Assembly (NCBI RefSeq): GCF_006345805.1
Contig: NC_043015.1
Span: 24,118,001 to 24,182,000 of the forward strand
Reading direction: 5' to 3'
From: Octopus sinensis
Lineage: Eukaryota
DNA: 64,000 nt
A program made the position numbers and the translations under genes. Positions 1-12,973 of this stretch are shown piece by piece; within the stretch, counting starts at the first letter, position 1; each line of letters starts with the position of its first letter. Below the pieces are notes generated by a model. It searched no databases, had not been told where the DNA came from, and saw only the letters and a list, made by a program, of their open reading frames with translations.

Positions 1-29
1 ACTTTTACAATGTTTTCACATTAAAGCAA

Positions 30-428
30 GGCGCGAGCTGGCAGAAACGTTAGCACGCCGGGCGAAATGCTTAGTGGTATTTCGTCTGTCTTTACGTTCT
101 GAGTTCAAATTCTGCAGAGGTCGACTTTGCCTTTCATCCTTTCGGGGTGGATTAAATATGTACCAGTTACGCACTGGGTTCGATATAATCGACTTAATCC
201 GTTTTGTCTGTCCTTGTTTGTCCTCTGTGTGTTTAGCCGCTTGTGGGTAGTAAAGAAATATGTATTTCGTCTGTCTTTACGTTCAGAGTTCAAATTCTGC
301 CGAGGTCGACTTTACCTTTCGTCCTTTCTGGGTCGATAAATTAAGTACCAGTCACGTACTGGGGTCGATCTAATCGATTGGCCCCCTCCCTCAAAATTTC
401 GGGCCTTGTGCCTAGAGTAGGAAAGATA
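30..428 (+). mobile_element. tRNA-derived SINE (family A), dimeric: full monomer plus 5'-truncated second monomer
   Basis: A-box-like TGGCAGAAACGTTAG and B-box-like GAGTTCAAATTC. The body is repeated from ~250 with a different tail. The same arrangement recurs at 51545-51935. Confidence 0.85.
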
Positions 429-3400
429 TATTTTCTGCGAGAGGAAGCTCTGAGCAAACTCAACATGGCTATCCAAAACCTTCTCTAAACACGCGTTTTA
501 AGGCATGGATTTTCTTACGTATGATTTGTCTCGTGTCCGTACAGCTAATTTATTTACAACTGTTAATTTCTGACCTTCGATAATATATCTACGTTGAATA
601 AGTTTTATAGAATTTTATTCTCAACTTATAATAATCTATCTGCCAGCTATTTGCGACACCAGTGACATGTTTCCTTTTTACTATATCAGTAGACGCTAAA
701 TCTGTCTAATATAGCAAGCGTTCGATAGTGGACACTGGCAACTGATGACGCGCAAAGTCGCAGAAATCTTGAATTCGCAATTCTTGATGCTTTTCACCTG
801 CTGCTTATATGCTACATTGCTTTTTAACACACTATCTCTATACGCGATACCATCTCGCAAGACCAATACAGCAGTAGTGTGGCTTTCTACAGTATAGGCA
901 CGTTTAGTAAGATATGCAAAATGCCATGTTGTTCTAATACTGATTCAGTCGTCAATAACGAATTATCAATTATATCTGATAGGTGAATTTTCTAGATGTC
1001 TTTGAGAATAGGTCTACTTAATTATAGCTGAATATGTTTTGAACTATAACAACAACAACGACGACGACGACGACGACAACGAACAGTCTAACCGTGAAAT
1101 TATTCTATTGTCCTACCATAATCAATTTAGCCTGACAAAGTTTTGAATTGTGACAACACTTAGCAGTTAATAAAATGTAAGGAATACTAAGAATGAAATC
1201 AATATAATGCACGTAAAATACATCTCGTATATATGTACCCTGCTTCCAGTTGTCATAGCAATAAAAGACGTACATTAAAATAGGATTGTGTTTTATATGC
1301 GCTAAATTTCGAGGAAAGAAGAATCTCGTGGAAAGCAAATCTCGAAGACAAATAAACAAAAAAAGCAAATATGCGACAGTCATCGTGTGAATGCCTTTTA
1401 TCAGAGTGGGCATCTAGATAAAGAACGATTGTGTTCAGTGTAGAAATGAGTCATAAGAGGATCTGAACTTGTATAAAATGAATATGTAGTCCTATTCTTT
1501 ACCCACCGGACCAAGAAACATCGGAAAACAAGAAGATGCCTCAGAGGATTTGAACACAGACACAGAAACAAGGTCGACTAATTCTTTATTCAGTTCGTTA
1601 CGAGCGTTCCATGAAACACAATGAAATATCACACAGAGATTTGAACTCAAACAGAATACACACGAATTGTAATTCTTTACGCGATTGGCCATCAGACATT
1701 CACGATAAACAGCACTGCCCTACAGTATAGCTAACAGTTCATGTGTAGCAGGAAGAGGAAAGCCACACGCTACTATGTAAGAAGATGTGAAGTATAAACA
1801 ACAACATCTCTTTAAACCATGTCCAGGAGTTGAAATAAATCAATTTCCAAAGTTTAATTGGCTATTATCAATAACTAACCTTTAAAAAGAAACTGTTTTC
1901 TGTATTTATCAGATAAAAATATTTCAGAAACCCCCGGATGGAATAAATGCAACACTCTTTGATTTAAAGTGAAGAGGAAAAGGGAGGAGGAGGAGGAGAT
2001 GAAATACACCAAGTAAGATAACAAAAGGGAAAACATTGAAATGCTAGTAACATATATAATATTCGTGAGTCTTGCACTTCCACGCTGCATTCGATTTAGA
2101 GCAACCGCAGGAATCTACAACGTGCGTCTATGTTCCCGAGTCTGGCTATACCAGAAATATCTCCCTCTTTCATTCTCAGTGTTAAGTGTGATCAAAAGAG
2201 GGCGAGGAAGCAGTCCGGCCAGGGATCGTTGGGGGATCGGTGCTTTTAATGCAAAATGATGGTGTGGGAAGGTATGAGAATGAAAGCCCCGCTGGACGGT
2301 ACAAAATCTCATAAATCCTGCCCTGGCATTGCCTACCTACCAACCGCCATACATATGTAATGGACATAACTGTTAGGCACAAACATGCTCATACTCAAAA
2401 GGTAGCGGTGATCATAATTTATAGTAAGCACTGACCTGCGTCTAAAAAAGAACAATGAACCTCTGAGATGGCCGTTAAGAGTCTGACCACCCTGCTGGAA
2501 ATAGCAACTACATTTTGTCCTTCATATCGTCTTTCCAAGAGAGAAACTTAACAGGATATGCTGAAAATTATATTTGTCAGACATTTTCTTCATCTCGTTT
2601 GTCTCAATCATTGTACTACTTTCAGTGCATTTATGTATGTAGCCGGGTAGTTAGGAGTGCTCAACTCATAAGATCGTGGATGAATTCTGTGATCGGGTGG
2701 TGTGTTGTACTCTTGCACAAGATATTTCATTTGGGAATAATCCAGTCTATTTAGGGGTGATGTATACCAACCGGTTTCTGGAGTAGTCTTATCTTCCACC
2801 ATCTGTCGGAAACTCGGTGTACCACTGAGTCAAAGGCTTAGAGGACCAAGAGGCTATTTATCCTTGCTTACAACTACACAAACACCAAAAACAATTAATG
2901 AAAGAATGGTACATATCACCATGTCACACTCACCACTCTTCCTTAATGACTGATAGTACTATACTGTTGAAAGGCATCCTTCTATACTGGGGAACCACCC
3001 CCAAATTTCTTAGGGTTGTTTTTCACTTCCTCCGAATCGATAACATACGCTGGCTATAAACCGAAATTCATAACCCCGAGATCTCGATCTTGGTTTTACA
3101 CACATTCTTTCCTTTAATATTTCTCTCAATATACAAAGCAATCACTCAACACAGCTGTTGACATAATATTGTCTAGATACACACATAGGTGTCGATGGAA
3201 TTGTGTTACCATTATTTAATATTGGTTCGTAGAAGTTCAAACGAAATAACAAACGAATCCCCTTGAACACAAATAGTGAAATTCAAATCATTTCCTTCCC
3301 TCCTCACTTCGGCTTTACAGAAGCATTTCTAGAAAAATACGGAAACAAATAAATTTACTTCATAATGGCCATTTTCGAGCAAGTCGTTTTCCTTTCGGTT

Positions 3401-3554
3401 TAGTTAATACTGTTATCATCACTAACATTGGTCAGGAAAAAAACAAACAGAATCCTTGCAACAAAGGAAGACATTATTGCTTAAGTAGAACGCGGTGAGA
3501 TGATAGAATCAGTAAAGCGGCGGGGAAAAGGGTTTTGCAGTATTTTCTCCTGCA

Positions 3555-3835
3555 TTTTACGTTCTGAGTTCAAATTCTGCTGAGGTTACGATTGTTTTTT
3601 ATCCCTCTACAATCGATAAATCATGGCGCCAGTAAAATACAGTGATAGACACAATCGATCTACCTCTCCTTAAATTGCTGACCGTTTGCATAAAGTAAAA
3701 AGTGTGGTTAATCATTAGCGCATCGGACAAAGTGCTAAGCACCGTTTCTTCTGCTTTTTTACGTTCTGACTTCAAATCCAAACTATCTCAATTTTGCTTT
3801 TCATCCTTTCAAGGTCGATAAAATGAGTCGACTTG
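3555..3835 (+). mobile_element. two tandem degenerate family A SINE fragments
   Basis: TTTTACGTTCTGAGTTCAAAT-like motif and GTCGATAAA core each occur twice. Confidence 0.6.
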
Positions 3836-3879
3836 CCAAACCCAAATTGCTGACCTTGGGTCAAAATGTGAAATAATAA

Positions 3880-4155
3880 TAATACGCATTATTATTATCG
3901 CAGGTTTTGTGGTTACTCATGGAGTCTTGCATGCGTAGCTGGCTTGCAGCCTGTAGCCTACGTATTATGCTATCTGTTATTTTTAACAAATACTTTCCCG
4001 ATTATTCTGGCTGTGCTAAACTTTTGGCACTCTATTCCAATTGCCTTTATGTCCCTTTTCATGCCTTCTGATACAGTTCCCAAGGAAGCAACAATAATTG
4101 GCACTATCTTCACCTTCGTCAATTTTTCCATAACTGGGCTATCTCGGACTTAAGA
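3880..4155 (-). mobile_element. 3' relic of a non-LTR retrotransposon with restriction-like endonuclease (R4/Dong-like)
   Basis: With one frameshift the minus strand reads LKSEIAQLWK-LTKVKIVPIIVASLGTVSEG...STARIIGKVF, the typical C-terminus of this clade. Confidence 0.65.
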
Positions 4156-4347
4156 GGATTGTATTATATCTTTTTTTTTTTTTTGCCTTCCTTCTTGACT
4201 ATTCGTGGGTGAAAGGGGTACGCAACATCAACTGTAACATTAGACGTGTTCGTCCCAAGTGAAACGACTCTGACTAATAATCTCCTCAAAGAGATATATT
4301 CATGGACTTAATGACAACAACAATAACACAAAATTCTGCTCATTGAC

Positions 4348-4387
<40 letters not shown>

Positions 4388-4740
4388 ATTATAAGAACTG
4401 AGATTAGTATTCCGATAGAATCAGGTACTTGAAAAGTATTCAACAGGTAGAGTTGAGTAATGTCTGTGGTTCCGGCCAGTTGTTGGTTGAAGTGGAGATA
4501 TCGGGTAGGACATCTCGGTTATGAAAAACAACCCTATGACTATTTATCGCCAAAGAGGCTTGTCCCTGTTACGCGTTACTTTGAGTAATGTGTTGTTGGT
4601 ATACTCTAGGGACCCCGAACATGTTGCAGATGCCATGGAGTATTATAACCAGATGAATAAAGAACTCAGTATGGAAAGGTGTCGGATCATTACAGCTGTT
4701 TCTTACGTCATTTTTAATAAACAATGATTTCATTACATTG

Positions 4741-4966
4741 CTATAAAAGGCCTTATTCATCAGGTGAGAACATATTTTTTCAGAATCAAAGGGGTGTCCC
4801 AAGAATGTATCAGAAATGTATCTGTCGAGGCCGGGCTATGGGAAGGAAATGTTGGTCATTTCCTTCCCATACCCTGGCCTCGACAGACATATTTCTGTTA
4901 AATTCTTGGGACATCTTTTATTGTGAAAAAATTATGTTCTCATCTGATGAATACGATCTTTTATAG
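4741..4966. repeat. imperfect palindrome, ~110-bp arms around a 5-nt loop (TTGGT, 4852-4856)
   Basis: Left arm ...CTGTCGAGGCCGGGCTATGGGAAGGAAATG pairs with CATTTCCTTCCCATACCCTGGCCTCGACAG... Pairing continues out to CTATAAAAG/CTTTTATAG. Confidence 0.9.
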
Positions 4967-5028
4967 TGATCTGACAAATTTCCATATTGAGTTCTTTATT
5001 CATTTGATTATATATATATATATATGAA

Positions 5029-5243
5029 CGGAGGGTGCTGAAAAGTTCCTGGCTTCAGGTTAAAGAATATACAGTAGGGTCCGTTTATTATAATTTCATT
5101 CAGCATAATCCCTCTCAGATCAACACACTTACTGTAATAATCTTTCAGTGTTTCCAAGCTCCGTAAAAGAACTTGGAAGGTAGGGCCTCCAACCGGGTCT
5201 TTCGCGATACCCTTAAATCCAGGTACTTTTCAGCACCCCGTCG
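5029..5243. mobile_element. mariner-derived MITE
   Basis: TIRs GGGTGCTGAAAAGTTCCTGG / CCAGGTACTTTTCAGCACCCC. The interior encodes a decayed mariner C-terminus on the minus strand (...ETLKDYYSKCVDL...DYAE). Confidence 0.8.
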
Positions 5244-6093
5244 AATACTAGATATGTCCTCATATTGTGTATGAATGTGTGTGCGTGTTTGTGAATATGT
5301 CTACATATTAACATTCTTTCAGCCAGCTACAGGGGGAAAAGACACTAACCAAGTAGTTAGCGACATAGAAAGGGGAAGCGTTGGGGTCTCATTGTGTGTC
5401 ATAAGGAAAAGAAAGAATACAGAGAGGAAGAACTCTGGGACTGATCCACAGTTGTGTTGGTCGTGGTAAAGAAAAGGGATGAGAGAAGGAAAGACAGGAT
5501 AAAGTGTGTGACTGAGCTGATAATCAAGAGGGAACCGACAAAAAGGAAGATTGGGTGAAAATGTGATTAAGTAGTAAGGACTAGGTCGGCAAATTGGATG
5601 ACGGAGCGAGAGAGCCAGTGAGAATGAGGCAGTGGAGACAGGCAGAAAATGATAGGCGATAATGCTGCGATTCTCATTTATTTATCGATGTCTTTCACTC
5701 CGTCGTGACCATCCCCTCCCTCTCCACTCCTTCATTTATAATCCCACATTTCTGTGTCTTGTTTTCATATTGCTTTCTCATTTTTTCAATCTCACAATGT
5801 TCAACTCTCTCTCTCTCCCTATCACTCTCTCTCCGTTCATTACCTGCTCTTTCTCCCTTCGTTCATACTTCTTCTCCATCTCTCCTTTTTTCTGATCACT
5901 TTCTCTCAAGCTCAATCCCAGACCTCTGCCTTTTCATTTTGAAACTTCTGGTCAGGACAAACGATTTCACGTGTTTCCTTTTTATCTCGTGTTACGTGCT
6001 TAGTGAACGTTGCCTGTTTCTGTTGATGGCTGAAAGACTAGATCACTTTAGTACATTTATGGATATGAATATATATGCATCTGTGTACACACG

Positions 6094-6151
<58 letters not shown>

Positions 6152-7004
6152 TGTATATTTTGTTACTTCATTCTCTATCCTTACTTTTCCCTACTACTTC
6201 TATTTTGTTGTCTTTCTCGTTTTATTCTTGTTTCTCTGTCACCTCATTCATATTTCCTATATCACTGGTGCACCCCGACGAGCAGTACCGTGGAAGATAA
6301 CATCTTCTGGCTTTAAAACCCCATAAAATGCATTTGTGCTCTGAATTTCCTTGTCTGAGGAAAGGTGTTCTCTTGTCATCCGTTCTTTTTCTGTTTACTG
6401 TGTCCATGTTGCATCTTGAATTATATTTACAATATACTTTGTGCACACAGCCCCTTCCCCCAACATTTTCACCTATACATATATATTTTTATCCCTCTTT
6501 TCACTGTCGCCTCCTTCTCTCAGTTTTACTGCTTACACTCCCTCACACGCTTCTTATCGTCAGATAAAAATTACGGAAGACAAATCATTTGAAATTTCTA
6601 TTTATTCTCTCTCTCTCTGTCTCGCTCCAAGAAAGAAACAAAAAACGTAAATTCAGGAAGAAAGTTATGGAATAGAAGAAACTGTTTCATGACGTTAACA
6701 TTAATCTGGCATCAAAGCAAAGTTGATTGAAATGATATCAGTCTCCAGAACACACTGATTAAATGGCCGCCACAAAAGGTTACCCACAACGCCAGTATAA
6801 TACTGATAATTATCAACTACATTATATGGCCTTGTTTTCAACTTAGATTTCAAAGATGCTTCATGAAATATACTTAATGATTTTCTCTTCAATATTTGCT
6901 GGCACAGTTCACCTTGGTGGTCCTGTCACCTAATTGATTGCATGTCTTTCTTCCTTGCTTCCTCATTCACATTTCTTCACTCTCCTTCTCACTTATATTT
7001 ATAC

Positions 7005-7075
<71 letters not shown>

Positions 7076-7854
7076 ACTCATACGTACGTTCATACATACA
7101 GTTTTTCACTTCATCTCAGAACTATATTGAATTTAACATTTCATCCCATTTTCAAATAGCTTCCACGATATATTCCAATGTGACCTCTATGTTATCTCCC
7201 CATTTATCGTTTTCTTTCATCTATCTATTAAGTCATTTTCTGTTTCTGTTTTTCTTTTTCTTTTTCATACTTTAACCATAAACTCTATATTAAGCGTTAA
7301 CTTGTCATATCAATATCATAGCGTAAACATATTAACCTAAAATAAAACAACAATTACTTCACTTCCAACTTATATTTTACTCAACAATCGTTATCTGCTG
7401 AACTTCCTATTATACTGACAAATTATTCTAGAAAAATCTATCAATGTATTTGCCATTTCTCGAAACTAATTTTCATCATGTACTGTATCTAATTGCTTCA
7501 AAATTTGAAGTAGGCAAGATTTGAAACCAGAACGTAAGGAGGTGTAACAAATATCAGGAAGGTTCTTTGTCGGACTTGCTAAATTTTCTGCTTACCTATC
7601 ACCCCTAATTTGTGATCCAAGGCACAAAGTCAGAAAGTTGGTATAACAGAACTCTGAATTTTATCGCCGAAAAAATTAAAAGAAATTACGACATTGGTGC
7701 AATTTCAACTCAGAACAAAAAGAGCTGAACCATATATCGAAATGGCTGGGTGTCCAACGTACTAACGATTCAGCCACAGGTTGTAACAGTGGCTGGCTGT
7801 AAAATTCAAAAGCAGGGTTTTAAATTTACAGCACACTTTCTTTCACATACTTAC

Positions 7855-7922
7855 TTGTAATGCATATGTCATTTCGGAGTAATGGCGGCTTTATGATAGT
7901 TTCCTTTATTTGCGTTGAGTAA
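7855..7922 (-). CDS. weak candidate internal exon (68 nt; YSTQIKETIIKPPLLRNDICIT)
   Basis: Acceptor CTGTTCTCCGTTTTCCAG and donor GTAAGT; only one frame is open. No recognisable homology. Confidence 0.2.
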
Positions 7923-8219
7923 CTGGAAAACGGAGAACAGCCATTGGCAAAACATTTGCTAGTAGTGTTATTCGAATGCTGGATAAAATACGCGACAAAA
8001 TTTATTCAACGCTTTCAACTAGAAATATCAATTTGCACTAGAGCCAACATGGCTTTCACTTCTTTCAGGATTCGATAAAATTAGTTAGCAGTCGAGAGGA
8101 GAGAATTAGCACCTAATAATCAAACGTCGGATACTACAGCCTTCACGTGACACTATTCGCAGCACAGGCATCCACACTGAACATACACGCATATGCTACT
8201 CTGCCTACGCGAACACAAA

Positions 8220-8241
8220 TATACATACATACACACATCTA

Positions 8242-8288
<47 letters not shown>

Positions 8289-8366
8289 ATATATATTATA
8301 TATATATATATATATATATCTGTCTATATATATATATATATATTATATATTATATATATATGTATG

Positions 8367-8397
<31 letters not shown>

Positions 8398-8559
8398 GTA
8401 TGTATATATATATTATATATATATGTATATATATATATATATATTTATGTATATATATATATTATATATATATATAATATATATATATATGTATATATAT
8501 ATATGTATGTATATATATATATATATTTATGTATATATATATATGTGTATGTATATATA

Positions 8560-8607
<48 letters not shown>

Positions 8608-8622
8608 GTATATGTATATATA
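8220..8622. repeat. compound (TATC)n/(TA)n/(TATG)n microsatellite
   Basis: Read directly from the sequence. Confidence 0.95.
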
Positions 8623-8998
8623 TACTCTTACTCTCTTTTACTCTTTTACTTGTTTCAGTCATTTGACTGCGGCCATGCTGGAGCACCACCTTTTAGTACT
8701 TATTCTATCGGTCTCTTTTTGCCGAACCGCTAAGTGACGGGGACCTAAACACACCAGCATCGGTTGTCAAGCAATGCTAGGGGGACAAACACAGACACAC
8801 AAACACACACACATATACATATATATACATATATACGACAGGCTTCTTTCAGTTTCCGTCTACCAAATCCACTCACAAGGCATTGGTCGGCCCGGGGCTA
8901 TAGCAGAAAACACTTGCCCAAGATGCCACGCAGTGGGACTGAACCCGCAACCGTGTGGTTGGTTAGCAAGCTACTTACCACACAGCCACTCCTGCGCC
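8623..8998 (-). mobile_element. tRNA-derived SINE (family B): head, internal CA/TA microsatellite and LINE-like tail
   Basis: Head GGCGCAGGAGTGGCTGTGTGG (A box) ... GGGTTCAGTCCC (B box). Tail GCTCCAGCATGGCCGCAGTCAAATGACTGAAAC(AAGTAAAAGAG). Matches the copy at 58752-59163 except for an internal deletion. Confidence 0.9.
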
Positions 8999-9020
8999 TA
9001 TATATATATATATATGTATG

Positions 9021-9057
<37 letters not shown>

Positions 9058-9068
9058 ATATATAATAT

Positions 9069-9118
<50 letters not shown>

Positions 9119-9119
<1 letters not shown>

Positions 9120-10152
9120 TTAAATCCTTAAATCATTAAAAATGTTTTAGCCCGAAGGCCGCGGCCATGCTGGGGCACCACCGCTGAATGAGCTACACTA
9201 ATTTGTGAATCCACCTCTGATACGTGGCACTTGATCAACAAGGGAGTTCGATACTGCTGCCCGAATCCGCGTCTCCTGTCGTGAGGTAGGTTCATCTGGG
9301 ACTCCCGACAAGAAGAGATCCAGTTTAGTTTTAAAGAAACCCACATCCACACCATGTAAGTCTCTCAGGCATTTAGGGAGGATGTTAAAGAGCTGTGGTC
9401 CTCTGAAACCCAAGCTGTTGCAGTATCTGGACCTGTATGTTGATGGTGATGTTGGAAAACTTGGCACCATGCAGTGGCGCCCCGTTCTGCGGTTGGGGTA
9501 ACTTTGAATGCCGAAGTTTGGGACAAGACCCTCCAGGATTTTCCAGATGTATATCACCGCATATCTCCCCCGCCTCCGCTCTAGGGAGAAGAGGTTTAAT
9601 ACTTTCAGTCTTTCCCAGTAGCTGATATTTTGCATTGAGACGATTTTCTTTGTGTAGCTTCTCTGAATTGTTTCGAGTTCTGTTGTTAGTTTTATATTGT
9701 GTGGTGAACACATTTGGGAGCAGTAGTCCAAGCGGCTGAGGACGAATGTTTTCCATAGGACCATCAGTGTCTCCTTCTCTCTTGTTCTGAAAGTTCGGAG
9801 AATCCGTCCAGCTAGCCGTCTGCATTTTATCACCAGATTAGCAATATGCACTTCGAAAGATGCATCATTGCTCATGTCAATGTCCAGGTCACGCACTGAT
9901 TTTGAGTCAGGGATTGCAATTCTTCCTGGGCCAGTGTATCCGGTCTGCACGTCGTTTACCTTTGTGTGCCTGTAGCGCAGGGCCTGGAAACTTACCTGTA
10001 ATAAACTGCATGTTGTTGTCCTCAGCCCACCTGTATATTGTGTCCAACTCCTGTTGCAGACGCGCAATATTTTCAGGGTTTTGTATTGCGTGGGAGACTT
10101 TTGTGTCATCTGCATAGCTAGCAAGGTTGGTCATCGTAGCAACTGAAGGCAT
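9119..10152 (-). mobile_element. 5'-truncated CR1/L2-group LINE (RT C-half and 3' end), frameshifted
   Basis: YADDTK RT motif. C-terminal SRLDYCSQ...YWERLKVLNLFSLERRR...FKTKLDLFL. Short (TTTAAGGA)-type tail. (TA)n on both sides. Confidence 0.92.
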
Positions 10153-10216
10153 GTCTGAAAGGGCCACTATGAACATATATATATATATATGTATGTATAT
10201 ATATATATATATTATA

Positions 10217-10247
<31 letters not shown>

Positions 10248-10707
10248 TATATATATATATGTATATATATATATATGTATATTATATATATATATATAAT
10301 ATATATATGTATAATATATATATGTATGTATGTATATATATATATATATGTATGTATGTATATATATATATATGTATGTATGTATATATATATATGTATG
10401 TATGTATATATATATATGTATGTATATATATATATGTATGTATATATATATATATATATTGTGTGTATGTATATATATATATATATATGTATGTACAATA
10501 TATATATGTATGTATAATATACATATATGTATGTATATATACATATATATGTGTATGTATATATATATATATGTGTATGTATAATATATATATATATTAT
10601 ATATATATATACATATATATGTGTATGTATATATATATATATGTTGTATATATATATATATACTATATATGTGTGTGTGTATGTGTGTATATATATATAT
10701 ATGTGTG

Positions 10708-10796
<89 letters not shown>

Positions 10797-10800
10797 TAAT
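10153..10800. repeat. long interrupted (TA)n/(TATG)n array
   Basis: Read directly from the sequence. Confidence 0.95.
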
Positions 10801-10876
10801 AGAAATTAAAATTACTAAGTCTCTCTAAAAGAGAACACGGCAGCGTTCCTGGAAATTAATAGTTATCGCCATACTA

Positions 10877-11088
10877 ATATGGCATTCTTATAAAAATAAG
10901 AATAAAGCTGTCCGCTTATTAGCTCCATGAGGCCATCGCCTTAAGTTAGCTATTTGATACACAAACTGTATCCATATAACCTTCGAAGGTTATATGGATA
11001 CAGTTTGTGTATCAAATAGCTAACTTAAGGCGATGGCCTCATGGAGCTAATAAGCGGACAACTTTATTATTATTTTTATAAGAATGCC

Positions 11089-11092
<4 letters not shown>
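10877..11092. repeat. spacer-less palindrome, 108-bp arms, 2 mismatches
   Basis: Centre AACCTTC|GAAGGTT at 10984/10985. The arms are reverse complements out to ATATGGC/GCCATAT. Confidence 0.97.
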
Positions 11093-11135
<43 letters not shown>

Positions 11136-11226
11136 GTGTATATATAATATATATATATATATATGTGTATGTGTATATATAAATATATATATTATATATG
11201 TGTATGTGTATATATATATATATGTA

Positions 11227-11260
<34 letters not shown>

Positions 11261-11443
11261 GTATGTATATATATACATATATGTATGTATATATATATAT
11301 ATATATATGTATGTATATATATATAATATATGTATGTATATATATTATATATATGTATGTATATATATATATATATATATGTATGTTATATATATACATA
11401 TATATATATATGTATGTATATATATATATATGTATGTATATAT

Positions 11444-11481
<38 letters not shown>

Positions 11482-11920
11482 ATGTATATATATAGATATA
11501 TGTATATATATATATTATATATATATGTGTATATATATATATATAGATATATGTATATATAATATATATATATATAATATTATATATATATATGTTATAT
11601 ATATATATATGTATATATATATACTATATATATATATAGTATATATATATATATACTATATATATATATATATCTATATATATATATATATGTATATATA
11701 TATTATATATGTATATATCTATATATATATGTATAATATATATATATATCTATATATATATATATATATGTATATAATATATGTATATATTATATATATA
11801 TTATATATATATATATATTGTGTGTATGTATATATATATATGTGTGTGTATATATATATATATATATAATATATATATGTATGTGTATATATATGTATGT
11901 ACATATATATATATTTACAC
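11093..11920. repeat. long interrupted (TA)n array
   Basis: Read directly from the sequence. Confidence 0.95.
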
Positions 11921-12329
11921 ACACACACAATACTGGATGAAAAAATGTAGTGTTAATTGAAAGCATGCGTGTGTTAGTCTTACCTATTTCCTTATTTACC
12001 TGCTGAGCGGGTAATTCAACGTTAGATGAATGAAACTACACAGAGAATGAATCATTTAGTCCGGTGCTGTCGTATTTTCTTCTTTACATGTCAACAACTT
12101 TGCATGCATGTACATACCTATTTGCCTGTGTATTGTGTATATCATTATGTGAGTGTGTGTGTGTGTGTGTGTGTGCGTGTGTGTATATGTTTGTGCACGT
12201 ATCTGTGTATGTATTACATGACATGAAAATTAAAACATTTGATAATTGCACCTAATTGATGTAAATACAAGTGATTTAATTTTGAAGGAGTTTTGAGCAA
12301 TTACATCAACTCAACTCCTTAATTTGTAC

Positions 12330-12880
12330 GAAATTGACCTCAGAGTCAGGAATAAAAGGCAAAGTTGATTTGGCGAAATTTGAAATCAGATTATTAAGAG
12401 TCAGAACACTGACTGCAAGGGATTTTCTCCGTCGGTCTAAAACTTTATCAGTCCAGCACCCTGACTCACACGTAGTAATAATAATCATGTTTCTAATTTA
12501 GGTACAAGGCCAGCTGAGAGGAGGAAAAGGCGAGTCCACACAATAGAATAATTTATCGACGAACGGCAAAGTTGACTTTGTCGAGATTTGAACTCAGAGT
12601 CTAAAGTACCTGAACAAAATAGAGCAACGTGTTTTCTTCGAAGCTCTTACGATTCCACCAATCCATTATCCAGAGTTAGATAAATGACGGTTTGTAATTT
12701 ATGATGATGTTTTGAAAGAAGGATCCTGCTTCGTTACCGTCAGTCCGAGTTGTTCGCTTGTATTTTATTTGCTGGTACGGTAAAGTTGACCTCCTCGGGA
12801 ACTGAACTCGGAACGTAAAGTGCCCCAAATTATACCACAAGGCATCTTCACCGAATCTCTTGCAATTCTTCCAGAGTTTG
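12330..12880 (-). mobile_element. cluster of about three degenerate family A SINE copies
   Basis: Repeated AAAGTTGAC...GAACTCAGA-type motifs (reverse complement of the SINE B-box region). Confidence 0.55.
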
Positions 12881-12973
12881 ACGAAAGTATAAGAATATAT
12901 AGAATAAGAGCTACAAATTTGATGAAGAAAATAACTGTTATACCTGTAAAAGTGAGTAATTTAATTTCTCTGC

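Noticed and set aside
740-800. CTGATGA...GAAA hammerhead-like spacing
   Set aside because: No stem I pairing and no valid stem III/NUH.
2180-2271. Plus-strand exon-like unit with good acceptor and donor
   Set aside because: All three frames contain stops. It could only be non-coding and there is no further support.
6701-6922. Minus-strand ORF DHQGELCQQILKRK... as the next exon
   Set aside because: Purine-rich, implausible acceptor and no recognisable homology.
8147-12255. Long Tyr/Ile-rich ORFs (also 20852-21136, 33084-34584, 38271-39198, 52292-52518, 54240-54705)
   Set aside because: Translations of (TA)n/(TG)n/(CA)n microsatellites, which lack stop codons by composition.
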